From: an uncultured Muribaculaceae bacterium
GTDB taxonomy: Bacteria; Bacteroidota; Bacteroidia; Bacteroidales; Muribaculaceae
Reading direction: 5' to 3'
Length of the DNA: 64,000 bases
Assembly (NCBI GenBank): GCA_948960475.1
Contig: CARDOI010000004.1
Span: 5,012 to 69,011, forward strand
Shown: in pieces, positions 20,654-31,171 of the stretch
Layout: every line of letters starts with the position of its first letter
Position numbering within the stretch: the first letter of the stretch is position 1
Translations under genes and position numbers: made by a program
Notes under the pieces: generated by a model
What the model saw: only the letters and a program-made list of their open reading frames with translations
Databases searched by the model: none
What the model was told of the DNA's origin: nothing

Positions 20654-22699
20654 TCAGAGCAACGACAGGGAGCGGTTTATGAAGCGCGACAGGTCAGCGC
20701 CACGGAGCATCCCGTTGCCCAGCAAAGCGAGGTCTATGAGCTGCCCCACAATCGGCTGCGTGGCGGCATAATCCGACACCACCTTTGTCTGCTCTTCGCG
20801 CGAAGCGTTGTTTGCAGCCTGCAATGCATCGATTTCCTTGTTGTCATCATCGGAAAGCTGTGAATCTTTTCCGGCATCGCGCAGAGCGGTGATTTTGTCG
20901 TTATTGGCATTCACAGCATCCATCATCGGCTTGACCTTATCGGTCAATGCGCTATCGGCTGCGGCCGCGACCTTCTTGACAATGGGATTCCCGATATTCA
21001 CTATAAGCGAATAGCTGTCGGGCATCTCGCCATAGAAGTTCATACCCGGTTGCAACGCCGCCATCTCTTTCATACGGCGCATGTACTCGTTCTGGGTGAT
21101 GACAATAGGAGCATCGTTCTCCCCCATCTCCTCGAAATTAACAAAGAACTGGGCGTTGTCCACCTTGGGTAGCTGCGAATTGAAAAGAGCGGTAAGAATG
21201 TCGCGCTGAACAGCCGACAGGTCAACCGCCTTGCGGTCGGACTTCGGAATCAGGTTGTCGATTACATCCGAATCCACACGCACAAAACGGCTCTTTTCGA
21301 TTTTATGCTCAAGCAGACCTACGAAGTGGCTATCCAGCTGACCGTCCATCACCAACACGGAATAGCCCTTATCAGTGGCAGCTTTGATATAGGTGTATTG
21401 AGCCGTAGTGTCGGTAGCATACAGGAACACGATGTTGCCGTCCTTATCGGTTTGAGCGTGCGCAATCAGCTCCTTGTATTCATCGATGGTGAAGAACTTG
21501 CTTTCCGTATCTTTGAGAAGGTCGAACTTCATGGCGGCATCACAGAATTTTTCATCGGTCAGCATACCGTATTCGATGAATATCTTGATGTCATCCCACT
21601 TCTGCTCGAACTCACTGCGGTCGGCCTTGAACAGCTCTTCCAGACGCGACGCCACTTTTTTAGTGATATACGACGATATTTTCTTCACCGCACTATCGCT
21701 CTGCAAATAAGAGCGCGACACATTCAATGGTATGTCGGGAGAATCAAGTACACCCTGCAACAGCATCATGAACTCCGGCACAACCCCTTCAACAGAATCG
21801 GTGACGAAAACCTGGTTGCAATAAAGCTGTATGCGGTTCTTGGTCACCTCGAAATTGTTCTTGATTTTCGGGAAATAGAGAATCCCGGTTAGCGTGAAGG
21901 GATAATCCACATTGAGGTGAATCCAGAACAGGGGGTCATCCTGCCCGGGGTACAGTTCATGATAGAAATTGCGGTAATCCTCATCAGTCAGTTCAGCCGG
22001 TTTCTTTGTCCATGCCGGTTCGGTGATGTTCACTACCTTGTCGCGGTCGGTGTCCACCATTTTCCCATCCTTCCACTCCTGCTCCTTGCCCGAGACCACG
22101 GGAACAGGGAGGAACCGGCAATATTTCTTCAGAAGCGCATCAACGCGGCTCTGCTCAAGAAACTCCTTGTTGTCGTCATCGATATGGAGAATGATGTCGG
22201 TTCCGCGCTCCGTTTTGTCAGAGGCAGACAGGGTGAACTCCGGCGAACCGTCGCATTCCCAACGGACAGCCTCCGCGCCCTCCTTGTATGAAAGGGTATT
22301 GATTTCCACTTTCTTGGCCACCATGAATGCAGAGTAGAATCCAAGCCCGAAGTGTCCGATTATGGCATTTGCATTATCTTTATATTTCTCGAGGAACTCC
22401 TCTGCGCCGGAAAAGGCAATCTGGTTTATGTATTTGTCGATATCATCGGCAGTCATGCCTATACCGTGGTCGGAAATCGTCAGCGTACCGGCCTCCTTGT
22501 CAACGATAACGCGCACCTTCATATCGCCCAACTCTCCCTTGAAATCGCCGAAAGAGGAGAGCGTTTTCAGTTTTTGCGTGGCATCAATGGCATTCGACAC
22601 CAATTCACGCAAGAAAATTTCATGATCGCTGTAAAGAAACTTTTTGATGACGGGGAAAATGTTCTCTGTGGTAACCCCGATTGTTCCTGTTTTTGCCAT
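20654..22699 (-). CDS. htpG: Molecular chaperone HtpG (Hsp90)
   Basis: MAKTGTIGVTTENIFPVIKKFLYSDHEIFLRELVSNAIDA...GHFGLGFYSAFMVA, 681 aa. Confidence 0.97.
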   Translation of the reverse strand: MAKTGTIGVTTENIFPVIKKFLYSDHEIFLRELVSNAIDATQKLKTLSSFGDFKGELGDMKVRVIVDKEAGTLTISDHGIGMTADDIDKYINQIAFSGAEEFLEKYKDNANAIIGHFGLGFYSAFMVAKKVEINTLSYKEGAEAVRWECDGSPEFTLSASDKTERGTDIILHIDDDNKEFLEQSRVDALLKKYCRFLPVPVVSGKEQEWKDGKMVDTDRDKVVNITEPAWTKKPAELTDEDYRNFYHELYPGQDDPLFWIHLNVDYPFTLTGILYFPKIKNNFEVTKNRIQLYCNQVFVTDSVEGVVPEFMMLLQGVLDSPDIPLNVSRSYLQSDSAVKKISSYITKKVASRLEELFKADRSEFEQKWDDIKIFIEYGMLTDEKFCDAAMKFDLLKDTESKFFTIDEYKELIAHAQTDKDGNIVFLYATDTTAQYTYIKAATDKGYSVLVMDGQLDSHFVGLLEHKIEKSRFVRVDSDVIDNLIPKSDRKAVDLSAVQRDILTALFNSQLPKVDNAQFFVNFEEMGENDAPIVITQNEYMRRMKEMAALQPGMNFYGEMPDSYSLIVNIGNPIVKKVAAAADSALTDKVKPMMDAVNANNDKITALRDAGKDSQLSDDDNKEIDALQAANNASREEQTKVVSDYAATQPIVGQLIDLALLGNGMLRGADLSRFINRSLSLL

Positions 22700-22778
22700 G
22701 ATTTATATCCTTAATATTAAGTAGTTCATTAATGAAATAGGATGTCATTACGCACTCCCATCAGTAATAACAACCTGC

Positions 22779-22812
22779 AAAAAAAATGCCAAACTTTTCG
22801 TCCGGCATTTTT
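22779..22812 (-). terminator. Rho-independent terminator of the Clp ATPase gene
   Basis: On the minus strand, aaaaatgcc-(13 nt)-ggcattttt is followed by a T-run. It lies 27 nt after the stop. Confidence 0.6.
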
Positions 22813-22838
22813 CTTTAAAATTTATTAATTTGATTGCA

Positions 22839-25409
22839 TCATTTTTCGGCTACGCCATCGGCACTTCCCTTATGCGTGACAGAAGTGGTGACTTTATCGG
22901 CATCCTTGTCATAGTCCACACGGATTGTATCGCCCTCGGCCAGCTCGGAGTTGATAATCAGCTCCGCCAAGGGATCTTCGAGATACTTCTGGATAGCACG
23001 CTTCAGCGGACGTGCGCCATACTGCTGGTCATACCCCTTTTCGGCAATGTAGTCCTTTGCCGCCGGGGTAATCTCGAATGTGTAGCCAAGCTTGGCCATC
23101 CGCCCGAGAAAACCTCGAAGCTCAATCTCTATAATCTTGAATATAGCCTCCTTGTCGAGGGACTCAAACATGACTATATCATCGATACGGTTGAGAAACT
23201 CGGGTGCGAACGCCTTGTTGAGAGCCTTCTGAATGACACCCTGTGAATAATCCTTGTCATTGGCACGGGTATTGAAGCCGACTCCGGCTCCGAAATCCTT
23301 GAGCTGACGCGTACCGATGTTGGATGTCATTATGATAAGGGTGTTCTTGAAATCAATACGGCGTCCGAGGCTGTCGGTCAAACGGCCTTCGTCCATCACC
23401 TGCAACAGGAGATTGAACACATCGGGGTGCGCCTTCTCGATTTCATCAAGAAGCACCACAGAATAAGGACGGCGACGCACCTTCTCGGTAAGCTGCCCCC
23501 CCTCCTCATATCCGACATATCCCGGAGGCGCACCCACAAGGCGGCTCACGGTGAATTTCTCCATATATTCACTCATGTCCACACGAATAAGCGTGTCGGC
23601 AGAATCAAACATATATTCCGCCAGCTTCTTGGCAAGATGGGTCTTGCCCACACCCGTGGGACCGAGGAACATGAAAGTACCGATGGGTTTATTGGGGTCT
23701 TTCAGCCCGACACGGTTACGCTGTATTGCTTTCACAATCTTTTCAATCGCCTTGTCCTGACCGATTATGTCAGCCTTGAGCTTAGGAGCCATTTCACGAA
23801 GACGGGAGCCCTCGGCCTGGGCGATGCGCTGCACCGGCACACCTGTCATCATGGCAACAACCTCTGCCACTTTGTCCTGGTCAACCTCCACACGGTTCTC
23901 CTCCTGCATCTTTTCCCATTTCTCGTTAGCCTTGGCAAGAGATGCCTTAAGCTCCTGTTCCTTGTCGCGGAACGATGCCGCTTTCTCGAAATCCTGCGAT
24001 TGCGCGGCAGCCAGTTTGGCAGCCACGGCCTCCACGATTTCTTCCTCAAGGCGCTCAATCTCCTCGGGCACCACGATATTGGTGATATGAGCACGCGACC
24101 CTGCTTCATCGAGTGCATCAATCGCCTTGTCGGGGAAATTACGGTCGCTAAGGTAGCGTCCTGTCAGTGACACACATGCTTTCAGCGCATCGTCGGTATA
24201 CGTTACATTATGATGGTCCTGATACTTGTCCTTGATGTTGTTCAGAATCTGCAAGGTCTCCTCGGCGGTGGTAGGTTCCACCATCACTTTCTGGAAACGG
24301 CGCTCAAGCGCGCCATCCTTCTCGATATTTTTGCGGTACTCATCGAGAGTCGTCGCACCGATACATTGGATTTCACCACGCGCGAGCGCAGGTTTCAGCA
24401 AGTTGGCGGCATCCATGGTGCCGGCTGCATTTCCTGCTCCCACTATGGTGTGGAGTTCATCAATAAACAGAATCACATCTGGATTCTTCGACAACTCCGT
24501 CAGAATCGCCTTGATACGCTCCTCAAACTGACCACGGTACTTAGTCCCGGCGACAATCGAAGCCATGTCAAGCGACACCACCCGCTTGCCGAAAAGAATC
24601 CTCGAGACCTTACGCTGGATGATGCGCAGCGCAAGCCCCTCGACAATGGCCGATTTGCCCACCCCTGGCTCGCCAATGAGCACAGGATTGTTTTTCTTAC
24701 GCCGGCTAAGAATCTGCGCCAAACGTTCTATCTCACCCTCACGCCCCACAACCGGGTCGAGACGGCCGTCCTCGGCAGCACGGGTGATGTCGTTGCCGAA
24801 TTTGTCGAGAGTAGGCGTGTCATTAGACCCACGACCCGAACGCCCGGACTTGGATTTAGAAGCATCCTCGGCCTGCGTCCCCGAATACGACGAACGGGAA
24901 GCCCCGATTTCCTCATCTTCCTCCTCATCCTCCTCATCGGTGGCACCGAGCCCTGCCTTGGGAGAATCCTTGACGTTGGAAATCATCTTCAACACCGACT
25001 GGTAATCTATCCCGGCCTGGCGGAACGGCACGATAAAGTCCATATGCTGAATCTCTGGGTTGTGGAGCAACGCCAGCAACAGGTGCTCCGTATCTACCGT
25101 AGAGCTTTTAAGCATCCTCGCCTCAAGCACAGAGAGTTTCACCAGCCTGTTGCTAAGGTCGCTTGCTACGACCTCCCCGCCCAGCGGGGCAGAGGCATCG
25201 TAAAGCGAATCATCAAGTTGCTGGCGAAGCTGGTAAACGGAAGCTCCGCGCGACACCCTCTCCAGCAGAGAGAATACACGCGACCCCGTGTCGGCCAACA
25301 ACGCCAGGAACATATGTTCAGGTGTTATTATGCTGTTGTTATGGCGGACAGCCTCTTTACGGCTATTCTCCAGAACCGTTTTAACTTCGTTTGAGAAATT
25401 GATTTCCAT
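22839..25409 (-). CDS. ATP-dependent Clp protease ATP-binding subunit, ClpC-type (two AAA+ modules, short UVR-like middle domain)
   Basis: ORF 22839..25469. The start is at 25409 ([20 protein letters not shown], Clp_N repeats). Walker A motifs GEPGVGKS and GPTGVGKT are present. The short linker with [13 protein letters not shown] is UVR-like, and the VGF loop suits ClpP docking. An acidic/Ser-rich linker follows the N domain. Confidence 0.9.
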   Translation of the reverse strand: MEINFSNEVKTVLENSRKEAVRHNNSIITPEHMFLALLADTGSRVFSLLERVSRGASVYQLRQQLDDSLYDASAPLGGEVVASDLSNRLVKLSVLEARMLKSSTVDTEHLLLALLHNPEIQHMDFIVPFRQAGIDYQSVLKMISNVKDSPKAGLGATDEEDEEEDEEIGASRSSYSGTQAEDASKSKSGRSGRGSNDTPTLDKFGNDITRAAEDGRLDPVVGREGEIERLAQILSRRKKNNPVLIGEPGVGKSAIVEGLALRIIQRKVSRILFGKRVVSLDMASIVAGTKYRGQFEERIKAILTELSKNPDVILFIDELHTIVGAGNAAGTMDAANLLKPALARGEIQCIGATTLDEYRKNIEKDGALERRFQKVMVEPTTAEETLQILNNIKDKYQDHHNVTYTDDALKACVSLTGRYLSDRNFPDKAIDALDEAGSRAHITNIVVPEEIERLEEEIVEAVAAKLAAAQSQDFEKAASFRDKEQELKASLAKANEKWEKMQEENRVEVDQDKVAEVVAMMTGVPVQRIAQAEGSRLREMAPKLKADIIGQDKAIEKIVKAIQRNRVGLKDPNKPIGTFMFLGPTGVGKTHLAKKLAEYMFDSADTLIRVDMSEYMEKFTVSRLVGAPPGYVGYEEGGQLTEKVRRRPYSVVLLDEIEKAHPDVFNLLLQVMDEGRLTDSLGRRIDFKNTLIIMTSNIGTRQLKDFGAGVGFNTRANDKDYSQGVIQKALNKAFAPEFLNRIDDIVMFESLDKEAIFKIIEIELRGFLGRMAKLGYTFEITPAAKDYIAEKGYDQQYGARPLKRAIQKYLEDPLAELIINSELAEGDTIRVDYDKDADKVTTSVTHKGSADGVAEK

Positions 25410-25740
25410 TCTAAACCTTTCCTTCTTATTTTGTCCTGTTTGAAAACCCCTACGGATAGCAAAAGGCATATACCATTCGGTCGTCGAATCATCTGTACGG
25501 CCATGCCGTTAACACAAGTTCAACCATGTCTACCTTTAATAACAATCATTTCACCGAAATGCTTGCAGCAATTGCACATTAGCAAGCCTCTGTCGCCGAA
25601 TAAATCCATTGGTGCATCAATCACTTCTCTTTATAACGGCAAATAGTATGCCAAAGTATCAACCGTTATGCCACAAAACTTTAAAAAATCATAAAACGAC
25701 ATTGGCGGGCAAAAAAACGGGCAAATTCGGGATTTCTTCG

Positions 25741-25748
25741 TATCTTTG
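25741..25748 (+). promoter_or_regulatory. Candidate -7 box (TATCTTTG) for gyrA
   Basis: Exact TAnnTTTG match about 120 nt upstream of the gyrA ATG. A hairpin (gtcatct...agatgac) lies in the predicted leader at about 25779..25804. Confidence 0.35.
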
Positions 25749-25866
25749 TATGTTAATTTAACGGTTGAACAACGAGGGCACGGGTCATCTCCCACATTCA
25801 GATGACCTCCTGCCCTGTCGATGTCAGCACTCAAGACAATTTAACCAGGAACATACAATTTCTACA

Positions 25867-28449
25867 ATGCTGGAAGAAGATCGAATAATCAAAATCAACA
25901 TCGAGAATGAAATGAAGTCGGCCTATATCGACTACTCCATGTCGGTAATAGTGTCGCGTGCCCTTCCCGACGTTCGCGACGGCCTCAAGCCGGTTCATCG
26001 CCGCGTGCTCTTCGGAATGAACGAGATGGGCAACAATTCCGACAAGCCTTACAAAAAAGCTGCAAAGGCCGTGGGAGAAGTCATGGGTAAATACCACCCC
26101 CACGGCGATTCCTCTATATACGGGACAATCGTGCGCATGGCACAATGGTGGGCCATGCGGGAGAAACTTGTCGACGGCCAGGGAAACTTCGGCTCCATCG
26201 ACGGTGACGGTCCTGCGGCAATGCGTTACACAGAGGTGCGCCTCCAACGCATAGGCGAGGAAATGCTACGCGACATCGATTCCGACACAGTGGATTTCCA
26301 GCCCAACTACGACAACTCCGCGAAAGAACCGGTGGTGCTCCCCACCCGAATCCCCAACCTGCTGGTCAACGGCTCGTCGGGCATCGCCGTGGGTATGGCC
26401 ACAAATATGCCAACCCACAACCTGGCAGAATCCATCAATGCCTGCGTGGCCCTCATCGACAACCCTGACCTGACAATAAGCGAACTTATGCAATATATCC
26501 CTGCGCCCGACTTCCCCACCGGCGGAACCATCTACGGGTACAGCGGAGTGAAAGAAGCTTATGAAACCGGGCGTGGACGTGTAGTCATACGAGCCAAAGC
26601 AACAATAGAGCAGGAAAAGGAACATGAAGTCATAATTGTCAACGAGATTCCCTATGGGGTCAACAAAGCCGAGCTAATAAGATATATAGCCGAGCTTGTC
26701 AACGACAAAAAGCTCGAAGGCATCGCCGACCTTAACGACGAAAGCGATTACAAGGGAATGCGCATAGTCATCAAGCTGCGCCAGGATGCCAACGCCAACG
26801 TTGTGCTCAACAAGCTCTACAAGATGACCCCGATGCAGTCGGCATTCAGCGTCAATAACGTGGCGCTCGTCAACGGCCGGCCGAAGCTGCTGAACCTCAA
26901 AGACATTATAAAGGCATTCGTCGACCATCGCCACGAAGTTGTGGTTCGCCGCACACGCTTCGAACTTGGGAAAGCACAGGAACGCGCCCACATCCTGGAG
27001 GGTTTGATCATCGCGTCTGACCATATCGATGAGGTGATAGCCATCATACGCCACGCCGCATCGACAGAAGCCGCCCGTGCAACCCTCATGGAACGCTTCG
27101 AACTTTCGGAGGCCCAGGCCCAGGCAATTGTCAACATGCGCCTCTACCAGCTCACAGGACTGGAACAAGACAAACTCCATGCCAATTACGAGGATGTGAT
27201 GAAACTCATCGCCCACCTCGAAGAAATTCTCAACGACGAGCATGTGTGCCGCGAACTCATAAAGAGTGAACTAATAGAAATACGCGATGCCTATCCCGAT
27301 GCCCGCCGCACCGACATCGATTACACCGCAGGCGACTTCAACGCCGAGGATTTCTATGCCGACGACGAGATGATCATCACCATCTCACACATGGGTTACA
27401 TCAAGCGCACCCCGCTCTCTGAATTCCGCGCACAGAACCGCGGAGGGGTAGGCTCTCGCGGCAGCAACACCCGCGAAGAAGACTTCATCGAATACATCTA
27501 TCCGGCCTCTATGCACAGCAACTTGCTGTTCTTCACCCAGCGAGGCATGGTCTACAAGATGAAGGTATACGAAATTCCCGAAGGAGCCAAGAACACCAAG
27601 GGACGCGCTATCCAGAACCTGCTCAACATAGAGCCGGGGGATTCGGTCAATGCATTCATACGATGCAAGAACCTTGAGGACACCGAGTTCACCTCAACCC
27701 ATAATCTGGTATTCGCAACCCGTCAGGGCGTCATAAAGAAAACATCACTCTCGGAATATGCCCGTGTAAATATCAAAGGTAAAAAAGCCATTATCATCCG
27801 CGAGGGCGACCAGGTCATTGGTGTGGAACTCACCGACGGCAATTCGGAAATCCTCATGGCCAACCGCAACGGCCGAGCCATCCGTTTCAATGAATCCACA
27901 GTACGCCAGATGGGACGCGTGTCAACCGGTGTGCGAGGCATGAAACTCGATGAGGGCGACGACGAGGTTGTAGGCATGATTTGCATGCACCCCGACGACA
28001 ACAAAAACGTGATGGTGATTTCAGAAAACGGATTCGGGAAACGCTCATTGCTCGACGGCTACCGCATCACCAACCGAGGCGGAAAAGGCGTCAAGACCAT
28101 GAACATAACCGACAAGACAGGTGTTGTGGTTGCGATGAAGAGTGTGGATGACGATTGCGACCTTGTTATCATCAACCGCTCCGGAATCACGCTACGGGTC
28201 CGCGTGGCCGACATCCGTGTGATGGGACGCGCCACACAAGGCGTACGCATCATCAACCTCGAAAAGCGTGGCGATGAAATAGCATCGGTGTGCTGCGTGG
28301 CAACCGACCCGGAAGAGGAGGTTGTAGAAGCAATCGAAAATCCAGAGGAACTTCCTGAAGAACCGGCCGACAACACTATCGAAACTGATGACGATGCCGA
28401 AGAAATCACGGAAGAACCCGAGGATGACACTGTTTCATCCGAAGACTAG
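25867..28449 (+). CDS. gyrA: DNA gyrase subunit A
   Basis: ORF 25765..28449. The start is at 25867 (MLEEDRIIKINIENEMKSAYIDYSMSVIVSRALPDVRDGLKPVHRR). HPHGD is present, with the catalytic Tyr in AAMRYTE, and there is an acidic C-terminal tail. Confidence 0.97.
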   Translation: MLEEDRIIKINIENEMKSAYIDYSMSVIVSRALPDVRDGLKPVHRRVLFGMNEMGNNSDKPYKKAAKAVGEVMGKYHPHGDSSIYGTIVRMAQWWAMREKLVDGQGNFGSIDGDGPAAMRYTEVRLQRIGEEMLRDIDSDTVDFQPNYDNSAKEPVVLPTRIPNLLVNGSSGIAVGMATNMPTHNLAESINACVALIDNPDLTISELMQYIPAPDFPTGGTIYGYSGVKEAYETGRGRVVIRAKATIEQEKEHEVIIVNEIPYGVNKAELIRYIAELVNDKKLEGIADLNDESDYKGMRIVIKLRQDANANVVLNKLYKMTPMQSAFSVNNVALVNGRPKLLNLKDIIKAFVDHRHEVVVRRTRFELGKAQERAHILEGLIIASDHIDEVIAIIRHAASTEAARATLMERFELSEAQAQAIVNMRLYQLTGLEQDKLHANYEDVMKLIAHLEEILNDEHVCRELIKSELIEIRDAYPDARRTDIDYTAGDFNAEDFYADDEMIITISHMGYIKRTPLSEFRAQNRGGVGSRGSNTREEDFIEYIYPASMHSNLLFFTQRGMVYKMKVYEIPEGAKNTKGRAIQNLLNIEPGDSVNAFIRCKNLEDTEFTSTHNLVFATRQGVIKKTSLSEYARVNIKGKKAIIIREGDQVIGVELTDGNSEILMANRNGRAIRFNESTVRQMGRVSTGVRGMKLDEGDDEVVGMICMHPDDNKNVMVISENGFGKRSLLDGYRITNRGGKGVKTMNITDKTGVVVAMKSVDDDCDLVIINRSGITLRVRVADIRVMGRATQGVRIINLEKRGDEIASVCCVATDPEEEVVEAIENPEELPEEPADNTIETDDDAEEITEEPEDDTVSSED

Positions 28450-28518
28450 GAGATTGTCTAAAAAATCAAATATCAACAGGACTCACATATTCTATTAATT
28501 CATAAAGAACCGAATGTT

Positions 28519-29733
28519 ATGAAAAAAATCAGCATCTTAGGTCTTTGCCTTCTGACTCTCGGCACAGCGGCTGCACAAAAGTCGCTTGTCAAAGAAGTGG
28601 AACGCGACATGAAATCCAACCCGGCTTCATATCCCGACCAAATGAAGAAGCTCGCCCCGGCGTTCACCGATGCAGAATCTGCAACCGACGCGTTCACTTG
28701 GGTGGTGGCAGGAAAGGGAGCTTTCGGCTATTACGACCAGCAAAGCGTCTTTGCACAGATGGGAAAGGATGTTAACAAGAAGCAACTCGGAACCTCCGTT
28801 ATCGAAGGATACGAATACCTCACCAAGGCTCTTCCCCTCGACACTGTGGTAGATGCCAAGGGTAAGGTGAAAACAAAATACTCCAAGGACATCTACAAGC
28901 AGATCGCCAACCACTACAACGATTTCAACAACGCAGCCCTATTCCTTTGGGAAGCCGAGGACTACCCCGATGCAGTTAAAGCCTGGAACCTCTATGTCAC
29001 CATTCCTGACATGCCAGAAATGGTGAAAGCCGGAGTAAAAGCTCCTGCCGACACCCTGGTGGCCGAAATAATGTTCAACATGGGTATCGGAAATTCCTTG
29101 TCTCAAAACAATGAGGCTGCCCTGAAGAACTTCAAGGACGCAATTGCACGAGGCTATACCAAAAAGAATGCTTTCGACTATGCGATTTCAGCCGCATCTC
29201 AACTCCAGAAGCCAGAAGAAATGGCCGAAATTGCCGAGCAAGCCTATGCCATCTATGGCAAGGAGGACAGCCGCTACATCGGCTACATGGTGAACAACCT
29301 TATCGACAAAAAGGAATATGCGAAAGCCGATGCCCTCATCGACAAATATATCGCCGAGGACCCCAACAACGCCCAGCTCTATTTCGTGAAAGGTGTGCTC
29401 TGCGACAGCGAAGGCAAGCCCGAGGAATCTCTCGCCCAATTCAAGAAAGCCCTCTCGCTCGATGAAAACAATGCCAGCACCCTGATGCAATACGGCTACA
29501 AACTGTATCAGAAAGCATGTGACCTCGACCAGACAGAAGGCGGTGGCCTTAGTAATGCCGATTACAACAACTTCCGTGCAACCAAAGTCGACCCCATGCT
29601 GAAAGAAGCCGCAGGCTATCTGGAAAAAGCATACCAGATCGATGACACTATGAGCGATGCACGCCAGGTGCTCCGCAGCATCTACTACAACCTCAATGAC
29701 GAGGAGAACCTCAAGCGCGTAGAGGCCATGTAA
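28519..29733 (+). CDS. Secreted tetratricopeptide-repeat protein
   Basis: Signal peptide MKKISILGLCLLTLGTAAAQ. TPR-like helical repeats run throughout. It sits downstream of gyrA, as is common in Bacteroidales. Confidence 0.7.
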   Translation: MKKISILGLCLLTLGTAAAQKSLVKEVERDMKSNPASYPDQMKKLAPAFTDAESATDAFTWVVAGKGAFGYYDQQSVFAQMGKDVNKKQLGTSVIEGYEYLTKALPLDTVVDAKGKVKTKYSKDIYKQIANHYNDFNNAALFLWEAEDYPDAVKAWNLYVTIPDMPEMVKAGVKAPADTLVAEIMFNMGIGNSLSQNNEAALKNFKDAIARGYTKKNAFDYAISAASQLQKPEEMAEIAEQAYAIYGKEDSRYIGYMVNNLIDKKEYAKADALIDKYIAEDPNNAQLYFVKGVLCDSEGKPEESLAQFKKALSLDENNASTLMQYGYKLYQKACDLDQTEGGGLSNADYNNFRATKVDPMLKEAAGYLEKAYQIDDTMSDARQVLRSIYYNLNDEENLKRVEAM

Positions 29734-29756
29734 TATACCTGGCATCACAATACAGC

Positions 29757-29798
29757 AAAAGGCGATGTGCATTCCAATAAGGCGGCACATCGCCTTTT
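29757..29798 (+). terminator. Rho-independent terminator of the gyrA-TPR unit
   Basis: Perfect 14-bp stem aaaaggcgatgtgc / gcacatcgcctttt with a 14-nt loop, ending in a T-run. Confidence 0.65.
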
Positions 29799-29905
29799 GT
29801 CATCTTTGCCAGTACCGTCGGCTATTATTTTAGAGATTGTCTAAACTTTTTTCCACAATCTCTTAATCCTGCATTGCCATTTTATGCCCGATAATTTGTA
29901 ATTTA

Positions 29906-31171
29906 GTGGCTGATATGCATTCATTGGAAGATTCTTTTACAATGTCCGGTTCTCAATCCTTAGAGGAGGGACATCCATGCCATTCCGCTTCCCAGCATAC
30001 TACGCAACCTGAAGTGGAGGAAGAAGGCAACGAAAACATAACCAACGAGATTCCGTTCAACCCCAACGATATCTCGATAAACATCGTGCCACGCACCATC
30101 GGCCAGCTGGTCGACATGCTTGAGTACGATGAGATAATTGTGCCACGCTATCAACGTCTGCCCAACCTGTGGTCGCCGAAGAAAAAAAGCCGTTTCATTG
30201 AATCACTGATGCTAAATCTGCCCATCCCCCTCTTCTATTTCGATGAAGGTGAAGACAAGAAATGGCGTGTCATTGACGGACTTCAACGCATCAGCACCCT
30301 GGAACACTTCATATTGGGAGACCGCAAAAACACCATTGGCAAAAACAATACCCCCCTGCGTCTGGAAAACCTTGAGTTCAAGACTGAATTCAACGGAAAG
30401 ACATGGGATGAACTTCCGCGCGAGACACAACGCCGCATCATGACCAGCCAGGTCACCATAAACCTTATCGGGAAAGGCACGCCGGAAGAGGTAAAATACA
30501 ACATCTTCAGCCGCATCAACCAAGGAGGTGTGGAACTGTCGGCACAGGAAATAAGAACGGCATTGTTCCAAGGGTACCGGGTAGATTTTTTAGAAAAACT
30601 CGTCTCGCCCTACACCGAATGCGGTCAAGCGTTCCGTAGAGCCACAACAGGTTCCGTGTCGACCACAAGGCAGCAAGACCTCGACTTCGCCACAAGGTTC
30701 ATCAGTTTCTATCTGATAGGATTCCAACAATACATGCCCGACATGGATACCTTCCTTACGAAAGGAACCAAGTCAATCCCGACCGACATCCCGTCCCAGA
30801 ACAAGATATTCAAAGCGTTCGGACAAGCCATGAAGCTGGCAACCACCATTTTCGAACGCGATGCATTCAGAAAGATAATGATTGGCAAACGGCAGCCGAT
30901 CAACCGCTCCTTGTTCGAAGTGGTAAGTGTACATTTTGCCCAGTTGTCACATTCGGACAGTGAATTGCTGCAATCCCAAAAAGGCCGGTTCATAGATGCG
31001 TTCCTTGAGATGCAGAATGAGCCTGGGTTCATGCAGAGCATAAGCACCGCCACCGCCACCAAAGAACGTGTCAAAAAACGTCACACCGACTTCCTGACAT
31101 TGCTTGAACGTTTCGGCATACGGATTCCAACACAACCATCCCCAAACACACAAACAAATCACAATGATTAG
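29906..31171 (+). CDS. DUF262 domain-containing protein (ParB/Srx-fold, GmrSD N-terminal-like); no DUF1524/HNH nuclease domain
   Basis: VPRYQRLPNLWSPKKKSRFIESLMLNLPIPLFYFDEG...WRVIDGLQRISTLEHF is the DUF262 signature, including DGxQR. The start is either the GTG at 29906 or the ATG at 29915. The first 45 or so aa are low complexity. Confidence 0.85.
   Translation: MADMHSLEDSFTMSGSQSLEEGHPCHSASQHTTQPEVEEEGNENITNEIPFNPNDISINIVPRTIGQLVDMLEYDEIIVPRYQRLPNLWSPKKKSRFIESLMLNLPIPLFYFDEGEDKKWRVIDGLQRISTLEHFILGDRKNTIGKNNTPLRLENLEFKTEFNGKTWDELPRETQRRIMTSQVTINLIGKGTPEEVKYNIFSRINQGGVELSAQEIRTALFQGYRVDFLEKLVSPYTECGQAFRRATTGSVSTTRQQDLDFATRFISFYLIGFQQYMPDMDTFLTKGTKSIPTDIPSQNKIFKAFGQAMKLATTIFERDAFRKIMIGKRQPINRSLFEVVSVHFAQLSHSDSELLQSQKGRFIDAFLEMQNEPGFMQSISTATATKERVKKRHTDFLTLLERFGIRIPTQPSPNTQTNHND

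Noticed and set aside
24800-24975. Acidic/Ser-rich linker ([10 protein letters not shown]...[12 protein letters not shown]) between the N domain and the first AAA+ module of the ClpC-type ATPase. I considered it as a possible insertion of interest.
   Set aside because: Low-complexity linkers at this position are common in Clp/Hsp100 proteins. Nothing in the sequence suggests a separate function.
28450-28462. The 13-mer gagattgtctaaa occurs after gyrA (28450..28462) and again just upstream of the cassette (29833..29845). I considered it as a direct repeat marking an insertion boundary.
   Set aside because: In a 64-kb window, tens of exact 13-mer pairs are expected by chance (about 2e9 pairs / 6.7e7). 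Both copies also lie on the same side of the cassette, flanking the TPR gene rather than the island.
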